From contig NW_019217787.1 in NCBI RefSeq assembly GCF_002571385.2, positions 213,428 through 277,427 of the forward strand: a DNA stretch of 64,000 nt. Direction: 5' to 3'. Position 1 is the stretch's first letter. Each line of letters opens with the position of its first letter. Shown one piece after another: positions 38,601-52,338 of the stretch. Source of the stretch: Stylophora pistillata. Taxonomy: Eukaryota. Under the pieces are notes generated by a model. The model did no database searches. It saw only the letters and a list, made by a program, of their open reading frames with translations, and was not told the origin of the DNA. The translations under genes and the position numbers were made by a program.

Positions 38601-41600
38601 CAAGACTAAAAGCAATCACGCCTTATGACTAAAGTGGGTACCGGCAGGTTTTTTAAAGAAACTGTGGTGCTGCGTCGGTGGGGAGGGGGGGTCTTACGAG
38701 ATAACTGAGTTGATAATGTAAATTGGCCACCGTTAAGAGTTTTAAAGCTGATGTTTCGAGCGATAGCCCTACCTCAGAGCGAATGGATGAATTGTGGGTT
38801 GTGTGTAAAATGAAGCTACACTATTAGTAGAAACATGGTGACGAGAAAAACAAGAATAAATTTAATTGAATGATGCGGTGCGAATTCTTAAATATGGTTA
38901 AGGATGTTCACTTAAAGATCACCTCCATCTTGGATTGTCTTAATAGTCTTTTGCAGAGTTTCTTCACAAATATGAGTTCATTCACAGCCTTTTACGGTTT
39001 TGCATTTTGTTACTTATACCTAAGTTATGTTTTGAATGTATCTTTATCTATTACACAAGTACAACCTAGAAATGGTGTTACCGCCGCATGGCTGTATTTG
39101 TTTCTTTTGTTTCTTTTCTCGTTTGTACGCGCAATTTTTTTTTTCTCTCATTATCGCATTCTTTGTTTTTTTTTTCGCTTTTACGTAATCAATATTCTGT
39201 TAGGTGTTTTCGCATAATTTCGTCTCGTTAAGGCCCTTTTGCATGCGTTTTTTTTTTTAGTCGACTTGTGTTTTTCCATCACTACGTTTCATTTATCCAG
39301 TTCGCTTACCGTCTTCTCCGTTTATGATTTTCGTGTTCCTAGCCGTCCTAGTCGTACAACGTTTCTACCGCTCTCTTGGTATCGCTTTTCGCTTATATCG
39401 TGCATTTCGTGAAATCGATTAAACGTTTGACTACAATAAATGGAATAAACTCACATTGAAATCCATTCGGCACAGTTTTGTTGAATATTCTTTTTGGATA
39501 TTAAGGATGGAAACACTCTCACATGTGGTCTGTATCCTACAATAAGGTAAAAAAAAAAAAGACAACCAGGTAACAGCTGGACACAGTAATTAAATTCACA
39601 GTGTACAGGAGATGTCAGTAAAGTGTAGTAGAGCTATGTNCTCTGACCATAAGATATTCAGTAGAGATTATTACACACACCTAATACACTCTGACCATAA
39701 GATATTCAGTAGAGATTATTAGACACACCTAATACACTCTGACCATAAGATATTCAGTAGAGATTATTACACACACCTAATACACTCTGACCATAAGATA
39801 TTCAGTAGAGATTATTACACACACCTAATACACTCTTGGGAAGGAATCTTGCACTGGTTACTAAGTCAAAGTCTGGACCAAATAATGCCTCCAAGGCTGT
39901 AAAAAGAACAAAACAAGAAACAGAGGGCAGGACTCTATTTCATACTGGTATGGTAAACTAACTCCGTGACTCGTATAAAATTCTCTTGAAACACTGTTTC
40001 CTTAACTTAACATAACAACTCCTACCAGAACTTTATGTTAAACTAACCTTCCTCATCACTGTTTGGGGAAGAGTCTCTTTTCATTACGTTTGCAAGGGTT
40101 TTGAAAACAAGAGCTGGATTATCTGGAAAAAAATGAATCAATATAACTTGTTCTTAGTTCTTCTCAATCATTTACAAATTGACATTTTGTACACCATCCA
40201 AAAAACAATCCAGCTAAAATTCATACAAATTGTCTCTCACTTCAAATATTATTTTGTGAGCATGATACATAAAACCAACAGTAAAAAATAACTGACCTTT
40301 TAATTCCTTTTGTTCATCTTCTTCATCACCACAGAACAGGGTGTGGATTTGGTAAAGACTTCTTTTAATCACTTGAACAACTTCACAAACCTGGGACTTG
40401 ATGCTGGTGGCTGAGAAGAAAGAGCTGGTTGTTAGGAGTTGAAGTCAAAATGGGTTCCTGTGGGACTTTGGTGTCCCTTGGGACTTTGGGGTTCCTGTGG
40501 GACTTTGGTGTCCCTGTGGGACTTTGGTGTCCCTGTGGGACTTTGGTGTCCCTGTGGGACTTTGGTGTCCCTGTGGGACTTTGGTGTCCCTGTGGGACTT
40601 TGGTGTCCCTGTGGGACTTTGGTGTCCCTGTGTTGTCACAACTTCTATCTATTCTTTGATTTTTCTGGTGAATAGCACAGCATGCTTCCTTAACACTTAA
40701 TCTGCTGGATAGCTATTTATCTGTTGATTGCTGTTATCTATTCTTCAAACAACTGGGCCTGGGTGGATAGGATGCTGTCACTGTGACTCCAAGTGAAGCT
40801 TAACACTGTTAAGAATGCCAACAAAAAGAGGTAGGCACTACGTACCATGTTGATACGGATGAAAGATTTCTTGTAATGTTGCTTTTCTTGCCAAGATAAA
40901 CTCACTTAAGACTTGACGAGGTGAGCTCTCCTCTAAAAGAAGGATTGCACACAATGACTCTGCAAGCATCTGAGGAACAGTAACATGTAAATTGTAAATG
41001 ATGGGGGTGGGGTTAAGAATTATTCTGAAAATGATCCATAAAATTAATGCATTATGTCTCACCTCCTCAGTTTGAGCAGCATCCTTTAACAAACCATGGC
41101 TTCCCTATAATCAAAATGGCTAAATATTAATTGTATAAAAAAAAAAGGGAACCAGTAATTACAACAATTTCAGCGGTAGGGATAGCTTTTTTTTTTTAGT
41201 TTGTTTTTCTTCCCAGATAGTAAAACTCAAAACAGTTTTTGAACTATGGGGAATAATGTACCAGAAAGAACTGTAAAGATATGTAAACTGGACATTTGAA
41301 TCTGTGTTGGTTTTCTCTGAAATCACAAGGTTGACGGAAAAAGCAATAAGTTTGCCAAAAGACCAACCACCTGTAAAATCCTGTCTCTAAACACTCAACC
41401 TTTGATTGTATAATATTCAGTACTACTGAGTTGGAATTTAGAGCACAAAGTTTACTACCGACGGGGAATAAAGACTTATATGCTTCATAAAACAAATTAA
41501 AGATACATGTTGGAATTCAAACTGATTCCACATTACATGTAAAATGATTTAAAACTAGTTTGATTGGTATTTTCCTCTGTCTAATGACTACAGTGTAGTT

Positions 41601-44600
41601 CCAATGGCAGAGGAGAAAACAAATGAGACTGGCTAATAAAAAGATAAAGACCTAAATTACATCTAAAATATCAACATACACATACCTTAATTGTCAGACA
41701 AATTAAAAGAAATATCCATAAAAAAAGAAGAAAAATTCCTGTTAATACCTGAAGTATGGAGTCCTTGAAGTGACTGATTGCTGCCCATTGTTTTGGCAAG
41801 ATTGGGAATGAAGACTGAAGGAACATTGAAAAGGAACAATTAATTGAAAACTGAAACGTAATTAAAAAGGGATGGTTTTTTACCTCCTTATACTCAGTTG
41901 ACCCTTCCACTACCAGTAGCGACCAAGTACGATTTTCTCTCAACATTATCCATGCATTTCCAATCAGAAAGGTTATAGGAGGAAAGAAAATAATGATCAG
42001 GAGATATTGTTTGGTTTCATACCGAAAAGACAAAAGAAACATTTGGCAGAAAGTATGGTGTGAAGAATTGGGAGTGAAAAGGATAACCATGAGAGTTCAA
42101 TTCATTATTGTGTAGGTAATGTTCCCTTTAATTGTGTGTATAAGAAATGAACAGTGGCACTGCAACAATAAAAAAAGAACACAAAAATTACACTGTACGC
42201 ACCAGTAATTTAGGTGCAGAGGAATCTCCAGTATCAATATGAAGGAGGCTGACAATGTGACGAGAGAAAAGATACAACTGAGCTGCTTTTAGGTACTGTT
42301 TTTTCTCCAATGCACTCCAAACCTATTTGAAATGTTTGTAAGACATCAACAAATTAGGATTAGAGACTGGTGAGAGTAAAAAGAGCAACTATACCCCAAA
42401 GTTTGGCCCGAAGATAAGATGAATTTCAAATATTGCATGAAGTGTACTCTATTCCAGAATGACATAATTGTAAAATATTTAAACCAAGCTGTACCTTCTC
42501 TGGAGTGTCTACCAAAAGCTTCATTTGGGAGGCAATTCCATAGAAACCACTTTTAGACTGTGAAGGACTGGCACAAGAGAAATGCAATTGAAATTGTTGA
42601 CCAGAAAGTTTACTGAGAGCATGTTGTATTAAGTACAAATCTTCTACACCTAGACTACCATCCTGCAGCACTAGACTACTAAAAATTCTTTACATTATGT
42701 TAAATAGATGATCATTTGAAAAACAATGGTTGATAGTCCAGAAGTAAACAACTAGCTTTGTTATAAAACAAACTTGTCAAGAATTGTATTCAATAACAAA
42801 TAAGTCATTACAGTCGAACCTCGGTAAACTGGACCTCACTTATCCGGATTTGTTGATTGTCCGGACATTTTCTTTGGTCCCAATTTTTTCATGAATATTT
42901 ATTTGTCATGATCAAGATCTGTAGCCATATTCTTTCTAAAACTACAGCACTGAAAAGTGAAGTAAAGGCGATATTCTTCTTTGAGAAGAGAATATTGACT
43001 TACTTCAACACTTTAGGCCAAAGTAGAAACTTGTTAATACACATGTGTGGAGGTATTCATGTAGGACAGTAAAGATGTGGACCATATCTTTTTCAAAATG
43101 ATTTGTAAATGTTTTGTTTCAGGATTAAATATCACTTTCTAATTTATTCAGTTTTTCCTCATTAATATATATATTTTTTATTAGATTCGCCGGCAGGCAG
43201 GGACACCGCAACACCTTGCGCCAATTACTGCCAGCCCAGTAAACCCACCCATCCCACCCCAGGGGAGGACATCCACCACACAGTAATCTCGTGCGTGNNN
43301 NNNNNNNNNNNNNNNNNNNNNNNNNNNNNNNNNNNNNNNNNNNNNNNNNNNNNNNNNNNNNNNNNNNNNNNNNNNNNNNNNNNNNNNNNNNNNNNNNNNN
43401 NNNNNNNNNNNNNNNNNNNNNNNNNNNNNNNNNNNNNNNNNNNNNNNNNNNNNNNNNNNNNNNNNNNNNNNNNNNNNNNNNNNNNNNNNNNNNNNNNNNN
43501 NNNNNNNNNNNNNNNNCATCTAGTCCCAACGAGTCCGGATAATCAAGGTTCAACTGTAATAGCCAAGGTAGTTAGTCCTGGTCCCTGCATATAAGGTGCT
43601 TGCTACTCAAGTTTCTTCAAATACAAAGTTACTAAATTATTAGCAAAAAAAAAACTTGTTTACCACAACCATCTGATCACTGGGCAATTGACAGGTTTTG
43701 TATCGAAGTAGGTTTATACTAAAAGGGTGGTCATTGCATATGCAGGGTTTAGTTGCTGTGATAACAAGCAAAACCAAAAGCTGACAATTTTCAACCCTTA
43801 CTGCAAAATCTACATTGTACAACATAAAAACAATCTAACTATGATCTAAGGACATGAATATGAATATAAGTACATGTAATTATCAATATCCCTTGGGTGC
43901 CAGCTTTAGGTCCATCTGGATGATTTACTAATATATGGTAACACTACATGTATAATAACAGTGGCATTAATACAATCAACAATGAACTAAATAAAACTTC
44001 CCATAAAATTTAGATTTAGGTTTGAAATGAGCCAATGACAATTCCTGTACTCTTTACTTTTGGATCATGAGATGATTATCAGTAAAAGACTGGTTGATCT
44101 TATAATAAACACTTACATTCTGTCAGTAGTGCTGGAGGCCTGGGCACCGCCAACTCCATAGCATTTATGGGATACATGAAGGTCCTTGCACTGCTTTTGA
44201 ATATCCTGAACGAAATTCATGACCTACAAAGAGAAAAGAGGTTGCATCCCTAATATACAATGTACATGGCTGGTATAGGTATTTGGCAAAATGGTAAACA
44301 AAGGGTGGGACTTACTACAAACCAAAGAGAAAAGAGGTTGCATCCTTAATGTACAGTGTACATGGTTGGTACAGGTATTTGGCAAAATGGTAAACAAAGG
44401 GTGGGACATACTACAAACCAAAGAGAAAAGAGGTTGCATCCTTAATGTACAGNACCAGTGTGCTTCAGTGAATTTCGTACTGCCGGCTAGTTATATCACA
44501 TTGTCACAGTCACTTCTGCAGTTCTTTCTACCAGTGAGCTTCAGTGAATTTATTAATGCCGGCTAGTTCAAACACAATGTCACAGTCTCTTCTGCTGTTC

Positions 44601-46153
44601 TTTCTACCAGTGAGCTTCAGTGAATTTATTAATGCCGGCTAGTTCAAACACAATGTCACAGTCTCTTCTGCTGTTCTTTCTCTAAAAGCAAATTGAATTA
44701 TTCTCTCTCTACTTTACACATTTCAAGAAACATACTGCATCAACATTAATTTTGTTAAAAATAATATGAGCAATGTGAAAACAGTTGTGTGCAAAAATAG
44801 AAATGGCATTCCATTCTGAGATCAAGACATAACTCTTTTCTTATTGGCAGTCCTAGGGGTGTGCTGATATATAAACCTTCTACATGACCTTGCTCACCAG
44901 CATCAATCCTCTTTCATTGACTCAGGAATGGAGCATCCACCTTAAAAGAGGAGGGTCTTACATTCAACAGTTCAGGGTGAGTAATAGTTTTTTTGTCCTA
45001 TTTGTCAAATGTTTTACACCTTTCTTCAAATGAAATCAATCAAGAAATAATTTACAAGCATTTACAGGTAATCAGCTTTTGATTATGTTAATTTCCTTGA
45101 ATATCATAGAATAGCTGCAAACATTGCCTGTGCTTTAGTTCTATTACTTCATGAGTGTAACTTACCCAACCATAACACGCAGATCTTCCTTCTTTTGTTC
45201 AATGTCACCCCTGAAAAAAAAACTTTCTTATTTGATAGTCTAACAAATAATTCACACATCAGGGCTCAACACTAACAGTAGCCCTCTAGCCACAGATTAG
45301 TAGAAATTCAGTTTTGGCTATTGGTTTTTAATTTCCACTAGCCAGTTTGGCTAGTAAACAAACTGAAATTGTTATAACATCTAAGTTGTCACTAATCACT
45401 TGGCTAGTAAGTTGAAAAGTTAGCATCAAGCCATGCACATTACAGACATGTTTTAATTTCTATAGCAAACATACACGTATCTGTGGGTGTTACATTGAAA
45501 TCATTCTAGTGCAAAACAGTTGTGCTACACGTATTCAATTGGCATTCAATAATACAATAAGAATGTTGACATACATCCTTTGTTACCAGGAATCATTGGA
45601 TTAATAGTTGATTCATAACAATAATATAAAGAATGGTAACTAAAAATAATGTTAATAACAGTAATAATAGTCATCAGAAGATTATAATACTGATTATCAT
45701 CGATATTAAAATCATCGTTATTATTATTGTTAAAATTTTTATTATTACATTGTACGAATTAGAGCACAGTCAAAATACTTGGTAGAAAACAATCATAAAT
45801 AAAAAAAATGGGTCAGTCAGAAAGCACAGAAGCAAATAAAATACTTATGACAAGTTTTCATGATGCTTTCCCTCAGGTGGTTTTGAGGACTAACCTTGTT
45901 TTGTGTTCAACTGCTCGAATCTCTTCAACCGTGTGATTGGAAAACAGCGCATCACTGTCCACCTCAGCATCCCAAGAAACTGTTTAATAAAATAAACGAG
46001 TTAGCATCTCTCTCTAGTTAGCCAGCATTAATAATTTCGATGTCTGAACGTCGGTAATGAGGACTGACTTGTCTTTGAGTTTCCATGACGTGGCGACAAA
46101 GGAGAAACTGGAGATGTTCCTTTGGAAGAATTCGGGCTTCGTGCAGTCGCCAT
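26677..46153 (-). CDS. COG1: Conserved oligomeric Golgi complex subunit 1
   Basis: Exons: 46153-46069, 45979-45895, 45210-45166, [one missing], 44223-44117, 42567-42495, 42322-42203, 41814-41749, 41104-41063, 40969-40846, 40410-40297, 40122-40048, 39896-39825, 39536-39455, 38147-38042, 37435-37316, 36874-36606, 36163-35921, 35234-35118, 34452-34345, 32262-32235, 31847-31771, 31100-31007, 30296-30219, 30145-30069, 29471-29177, 27171-26965. The 3' end is uncertain (26892-26847 plus 26735-26677, or a stop near 26880). Motifs LFSNHTVEEIR..DIEQKKEDLRVMVG, FYGIASQMKLLVDTPEK, ALQILFDLRF, DPFDLDVF, PRFNLLP. Confidence 0.93.
27428..28655 (-). mobile_element. Penelope-like element spanning an assembly gap in a COG1 intron
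   Basis: Terminal-repeat start at 27428-27482. After the gap, 28555-28655 matches the 55240-55340 segment encoding a GIY-YIG C-terminus. Confidence 0.7.
33191..33484 (-). pseudogene. SGNH/GDSL-hydrolase-like ORF fragment, probably TE-derived (DIRS/Ngaro-type accessory ORF)
   Basis: VLILGHSFVKRL...HGVGGQTIDKL, frameshift, DLHVVRDLSPDIAILETGSYDL correspond to SGNH blocks I-III. Confidence 0.65.
33488..33710. mobile_element. PIF/Harbinger (Tourist-like) MITE
   Basis: TIR GGGGCCGACCATTTAAC / GTTAAATAGTCGGCCCC with TAA TSD (33485-33487, 33711-33713). A similar end occurs at 32501-32521. Confidence 0.85.
38655..38865 (-). mobile_element. Older Penelope-like terminal-repeat fragment
   Basis: Diverged copy of the 55037 family with a degenerate hammerhead at 38746-38782. 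Confidence 0.7.
39641..39836. repeat. 48-bp tandem repeat x4 overlapping a COG1 donor site
   Basis: Units start at 39641, 39689, 39737, 39785; array abuts an n. Confidence 0.95.
40452..40631. repeat. 20-bp minisatellite (cctgtgggactttggtgtc-type), about 9 copies
   Basis: Read directly; lies about 40 nt upstream of a COG1 acceptor. Confidence 0.95.
42811..43557. mobile_element. Tc1/mariner-pogo-type MITE with nested SINE and gap
   Basis: TA|CAGTCGAACCTCG ... CAAGGTTCAACTG|TA, with tccgga subterminal motifs. Confidence 0.7.
43165..43297 (-). mobile_element. SINE 3' part (shared core plus unique tail)
   Basis: Core cccacccatcccacccaggggaggacatccaccacacagtaatctcgtg, cut by the gap. Confidence 0.75.
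44225..44452. repeat. About 96-bp tandem repeat including a COG1 acceptor region
   Basis: aaagagaaaagaggttgcatcc recurs at about 44228, 44324, 44420; ends at an n. Confidence 0.9.
44454..44680. repeat. 76-bp tandem repeat x3
   Basis: accagtg units start at 44454, 44530, 44606. Confidence 0.92.
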
Positions 46154-46460
46154 GATTGTTTTAAATGCAGGTTCCTGAGATCGTACGCAATGATCTACTT
46201 TCAAGATTTACATTTTGAGGTACATTATTAAATCCTAAAATATTGCAGAAAACTCCGTGCTTTTCAGCTTCACACCATCTTCAAAAATTTTGCAGGGATA
46301 CTGGGAACGGGGCTATTAGGTCAGTACTCCATGTAAGCAAGAGTCACAGGACAATATAGTTGTACTTACATGACACCCTAACGTGACGATGACGAAATAA
46401 TTTTGGCTTGATCAACAGACAGACGAGTTGATTTCTGTGGATTATGAGCATTTGAAAGAG
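46154..46460. promoter_or_regulatory. Putative bidirectional promoter COG1/HAX1
   Basis: 307 bp between divergent ATGs. Confidence 0.7.
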
Positions 46461-49400
46461 ATGCCAAGTATAACTGATATTTTCAGATTATTATTTGGGT
46501 CGTCAAAGGAGCGACTTGACACTAATGAGTTACCAAGGTGGGTAGAAGCCTATAAAATGAACGAGAACTTCGTGTATCGTACTATTTATTCTTGTGTAGC
46601 GGTTTCACTTTCAAGAAATAAATACGTGCGCTATTACCTCAACTTTTTCTTGGAGATATACTTAGCTGGACATAACCATAGTCTTTTGGTTTTCATAGTT
46701 TCATTTACTACTAAAAACCGTAACCTGAATTACTATACTGTATATGTAGCAACCAGGTAAATCAATGAACTGCAAATGCAGTGCAAGAAATTAATTAATT
46801 TAAAATAAATCAACTCTCAATGATAATTCTTGTCTCCGTTTTTGACTGCTCTCAATCTAGAGACATTCAGCAGGATTTTGATAACCTGTATGGAAGGAAA
46901 ACAGTGCCTCACTGGGAGGTAGAGCATCCAGATTATCATGAAGAATGGATAATATATGATGGACATAATCCAGAGCAAGGAGGTCTTGAACACTTTTTTC
47001 ATTCTAGTCAGAGTGATTTCCTACAGGAGTTTGATCAGATGTTTCAGAACATTTTTGGAAGATTTCTTGGTGATTTCAATCTACCTAGCCAAGGTTTGTG
47101 TTAACATTTTACTAATGTTAGTGATTGATTGATAAACTGAGGCGGCTGATTTTTAGATGAACACAGATAAACTCACCACTGCTATGTAATAGCAGTCCTA
47201 CACGTCTTTAGATTTTGCCTTAAATCAAATTTCTCTTTCCCTTAAAGCAACCATCTAAGGACCTCATGGTGCAATTGGTTGATCAGTTGAAATGCAATAT
47301 GATTTCGAGAAGGTGCCTCCTCTTAAAATGAATTAATGGAGTATGTTTAGAATTGACTAAGTGCTGTGAAAATTTAGCCTGAATGTCAATTCAGCATCGA
47401 GGACCTGAAGTTAATGAGCATTTTTTCAATCGCATATTTCCTTTCTGGTCATGGCAGGAATGCAACACACTCCTAAATATTTTAATGCTAGAACTTAAAC
47501 AGACCTAATTACAATTAAAAAAATCAATTGGAATACAGAAAAATGTTGAAAAACTTTCAAAACATGAAGCTTTTTTGATTAACACTATGCAGGTACATTT
47601 TATAAGACATTAAGTTTGGTACCCAGTGAATTTGATGGAATGCTATTTGGTTCCATCTTTTCCCTGTTTACAGGGTTCCTCCACCTCAGTGGAGAAAACA
47701 TTAAGATAGCTTATAATTTCATTGGAATCTGCATTTAAGAGCTTTCATAGTTCTTTTAGTAGTGATGCTTATTTATAGAGATTTGACTTTGATTTAGGAA
47801 TTGTTGCGGTTTATTGTAAGTTATAATTATATTAATAATGTGTAATGTTTTGAAGGAAGTTGCAAAATTCAGTTTTTGTAACCATATAGCGACTAAGAAG
47901 TTCTAAACTTTCTTTGTCTATGACAGCCATACCACCTCGTTCACACTCAGAAGGACCACAAGAGAATATTTTCCAACACCCCAAATCCCTAAGGGATAGA
48001 ATGCTTAAAGGACCTGATACATCTCAGGGCAATGATAACCTCGATGATCAGGTAATTCACACTCAAGTATTACTGTTAATTTTGAACTGATTCAGTTATG
48101 TTAGTCAGATATACAGTCAATCAGTAATTGGAATCCACACTCCTACAGTGTACTTTTAAGAAACTTAATTATTGAAAGAGGGTAATGTGGTGTTAGCAAC
48201 TGAGTTGATAAATGTAAATTGGCCACCGTGACGAGTTTCTATAGCTGACATTTCAAGCTGTAGCCCTTCGTCAGAGCAAAACGAAGTATCAGCCTCAGAG
48301 ATTCTTCTCGGTGGCCAATTTATGCTATCAACTCAGTTGATAAAACCAAATTATCTTGTAGTACCTCCCACCAATACAACACCGCAGTTTCTCTAGAAAC
48401 CTTACCCCGTCATTTTCATGAAATAGGGCTGTTTATATTTTTCATTGTCTCTTTCCTTACCCCTCTCCATTTGTGTTGCTTTGATTTAGCTTGGAGGCAG
48501 TCAGTTGGATGGTCATCTCTCTCCTCCTTCTTCTTCCATGGTAAGTCAAATAAGAGTACACTTGTCTAATGTTATCAAAGAATGTCCTTTTGATCTGTGG
48601 AGGAAGGGAGAGAGGGTGCAATGAAACTCTTACTGTAATTATAGTGTTAATAAACTAGGGTGCAAACATGAATTCACCATCACACTGGTGTTACACAAGC
48701 TACATCATAAACTATGTCAGTCACTTCACTTAAAGAGGTTACAAAATTCATTTTCAATTGATGAGCGTGGAGGGGACTAGCAGTAGATCATATTACATGT
48801 TACCAGACAGTGTAGGTTGATATCTTAAAGTGGGCATGGACTAAACTTTGTTCAATTTGCAATGGTTGTCTTAACCAAGGACTTAGCAAATATGTTAAAG
48901 CTATCTGTTGGTGTTTTAAGTTTGACAGTCAGAACTGTCATGTGGGAGAGAGGAGGTATGGCTATGATAAGGTGTTAGATTTGCCTGGCCATTTCCAGCA
49001 TCTATGAAGCCAAGGATAAAAAGGGGAAAATGAAGTCATTACTTCCATTGACAACTCCAAAACATCACCAATCTTCTCTTTATTATTTTCAGTTTGGTGA
49101 TTTCTGGAGATTACCTTTTGCTGGATTGAGGTACCCTGATCAAAGAGCTGACGTAGGTGTGTAGAAACTCATTAGGCAGTCTACTGTATATTTAAACTTT
49201 CTGAACAGGGGGGTATACAGGGGTTTCATTAACGTTTTCAGCAGGAGGGCTACTGGTTTTCACAGGTGGGCAAAACTTTTTGAACTGTACTTCTTTATAA
49301 GATAAACTTTCCTCTAGATGGTCAAACCAGCTGGGTAAAACTGTCCTCATAACAGGTCAGTTTGTCTGGTGCCCAGGCCCTTAATGAAACCCTTGGGGTA

Positions 49401-52118
49401 TTTTAATTTCTCAGGCTTTTAGACTAAGGTAAAGGGTGTTTTCAAGAGGGAGGCTTCCCAAAGAGAAGGGGCTTATTAATTGATGAAATCAAGCATAAAA
49501 AAATAAAAGAAATAAAAAAATCTGGCAAGCCAGGGGTATAAATGGATACTGGAAAATTTTCAGGGAAGTCTAATGAAATGCTGGGGTAACCTTTCAGTGG
49601 ACTGGCATCCCATCCAGGGGGGGGAGGGGGNGGGGGAGGTAGTGATACTACCAATCATTTCATGCTAAGGAGATCAGGATGAACTCAGGCTGGGTGGGCC
49701 ATTAGGCTAGGACAGACTCTACCTTTTTTACACCCTTACTTCTCTTTAAGACCTTGATAGTCAAGTTGAAATGGGAACCCACAGCTGGGTAGGCCATTAG
49801 GCTAGTACAGACTCTACCTTTTTTACACCCTTACTTCTCTTTAAGACCTTGATAGTCAAGTTGAAATGGGAACCCACAGCTGGGTAGGCCATTAGGCTAG
49901 TACAGACTTTACCTTTCTTACACCCTTACTTCTCTTTAAGACCTTGATAGTCAAGTTGAAATGGGTACCCACAGCTTGGATGACATCCTTGCTCAGAAGG
50001 AGAATGACCAAGGAGGATGGCATATCTCACCATCATCATCATCGTCTTCTTTTTCAAGTGTAACTATTGTGGATTCAGATGGTGTAAGTAGAGTAGTAAG
50101 TGTCTTGTGTGTATTCAGGCCTGTTTATTACATTTTACTTATATTCATTTTATTTTCTTCTGTTTTTTAACATTCTCTGTCTTATTTTTGTATAACATTT
50201 TATGGATTAACATGTCTGACAGTCCAGCAAGAGATTTGCACTTTGTTAGAATTCAATGAAATGTTTGAAGCTATTTCTACAATGTGGACACAAATTCATA
50301 ATCAGCATCCATGTTATTTCTTGGAATTCAACTCTATCATACCATGTGACAAACATACATACATACGTATGATGCATGATCCTCGCAGTAGATAGTGCTA
50401 TTTATGCAATAGACTTTNNNNNNNNNNNNNNNNNNNNNNNCATACATACATACATACATACATAGGTTAATTGACTACTACTCCCCATAGGGGCTTTTCA
50501 GGGCCAATTCCCACCCATCCCACCCAGGGGAGAACATCCATCACACCGTAATCTCATGTGTGGGAAATTAACATCTCCTACCCCTAACCCTGCAGGAGAC
50601 GGGGCCTAAGGTTTATTCGTCTTTATCCGAGAAGACTAGAATATCTATCCATTTCTTGATTTTAGAAAGGTAGCAAATTCTCCTTACTTATTTGAAGACC
50701 ATGAGTATTGGTTCGGCCGGGGCTTGAACCCTTGACCTCCCGCACAACACAGTCCAGTGCTCTAACCAATTGAGCTAACCAGGAGGCAGTTGTAATAAAA
50801 GTGAAAAATATTGAAAAATTATGTGATGAACCACACATTTCTATTTATTATAATAATAATAATGCCAACAAACACCCTTACTAACAATTGTAGAATCCCT
50901 TGGAAAATCCTTGGGAAAACATTAAGAAATTTTAGACACAATGCTTTTCTTCTTGGTTGTTATTGTTTTTTTTTTTCCCATGCAGAAATGATCTACAGGG
51001 AATCTCCTTGAATTTTTCATGTCTGATTTTCTGGTCATAGTTGTTTTACGCAGGGCTCATTCAAATCTTGTTGTCATTTAACAGAGATCTGAAATCTTTT
51101 CAAACTATGTTTCTAGATATATCTTTTGATGTTATATTATATTGTCTTGATGATTGCACCACAGCCACTTTTTGTGTAAACTTGAATTAAGCACTGTGTT
51201 TTTGAACTGTTCATACTTGTTTCTTTGTTCTTTTCTTAGATGCAGGATAAGTGGCTATTAGGTAAAACAAAGTATTTGTCTTCCTTTTCTTTTTGACAGA
51301 TTTCTGAAACAAAAACCACAAGAAGAGATTATAATGGAGAAGAAGAGGTAAAATTTATTCGCTTTGCTAACTGGTTAGTTTTTACTCTTTCTTCCCAAGT
51401 TGTTGCATTATCTAACAAACCCTCATCCTCCCCAGGATGTTTCATTATTCCAGCAGACAGAAGCCTTTAAGAAGAATTTTGCTCCAGATAAATTAAAACA
51501 AATAATTGTGAAACTAAACACATTTTGAGATTCCACAGAGTAGCCTAACTTTTGAAAGTTGTGCTAAAAATTCCACTACAGATGCTGCCATTTTGAATGC
51601 TGCTCTGCAACCTGGCCACCTACCTGTTATTTAAAAAAAAACTCTTAGTACACTTTTCCCATCTTGTACAACTTTGTTTGAATAATTAGGAATTACACAG
51701 GAAGATAGATAGAAGAAAATTTTATCATATATTTTTTAATTGACACAGAAAAAATTGGTTTCTGGAGCATGCCTATCCTTTAAAAAGTCTGACATCTGCC
51801 AACTCGTACTCTTGGAGTAATAGCTCATGAGGTTTGCTTGATTTTCTGCAGGTGACCATAACACGAAGAATTGGTGATCAGCTGCACACTGTTACAAGGA
51901 GAAAAGACAGTTCTGGGAATGAAGAGACCGAGGAAGATACAGTTAACATAGACAGAGGTAAGCAAATGTGTGCAAATCAGCAATTAGTGCCTCTACCAGT
52001 GCAGGAGGCCTTCCTTGTTCGTCAGGAAGCTATGAGGGGAGTAGGGTTGGCGTAGTGGTGAGAGCGCTCATCTTCCACCAAGGTGTCCCGCGTTCGATTC
52101 TCGGACCCGGCGTCATAA

Positions 52119-52150
<32 letters not shown>

Positions 52151-52295
52151 CCAAGAGGTTTTTCTCCGGTTACTCCGGTTTTCCCCTCTCCTCAAAAACC
52201 AACATCATTTGAATTTATTTAATTTAGAGTTTATTTGGATTTACACACACCCCACAAGCTGTTCAGCTTTAAACATTATCGTGTCTAAATAAAGG

Positions 52296-52338
<43 letters not shown>

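Noticed and set aside
40429-40700. Repetitive Cys/Trp-rich ORFs
   Set aside because: Translations of the 20-bp minisatellite.
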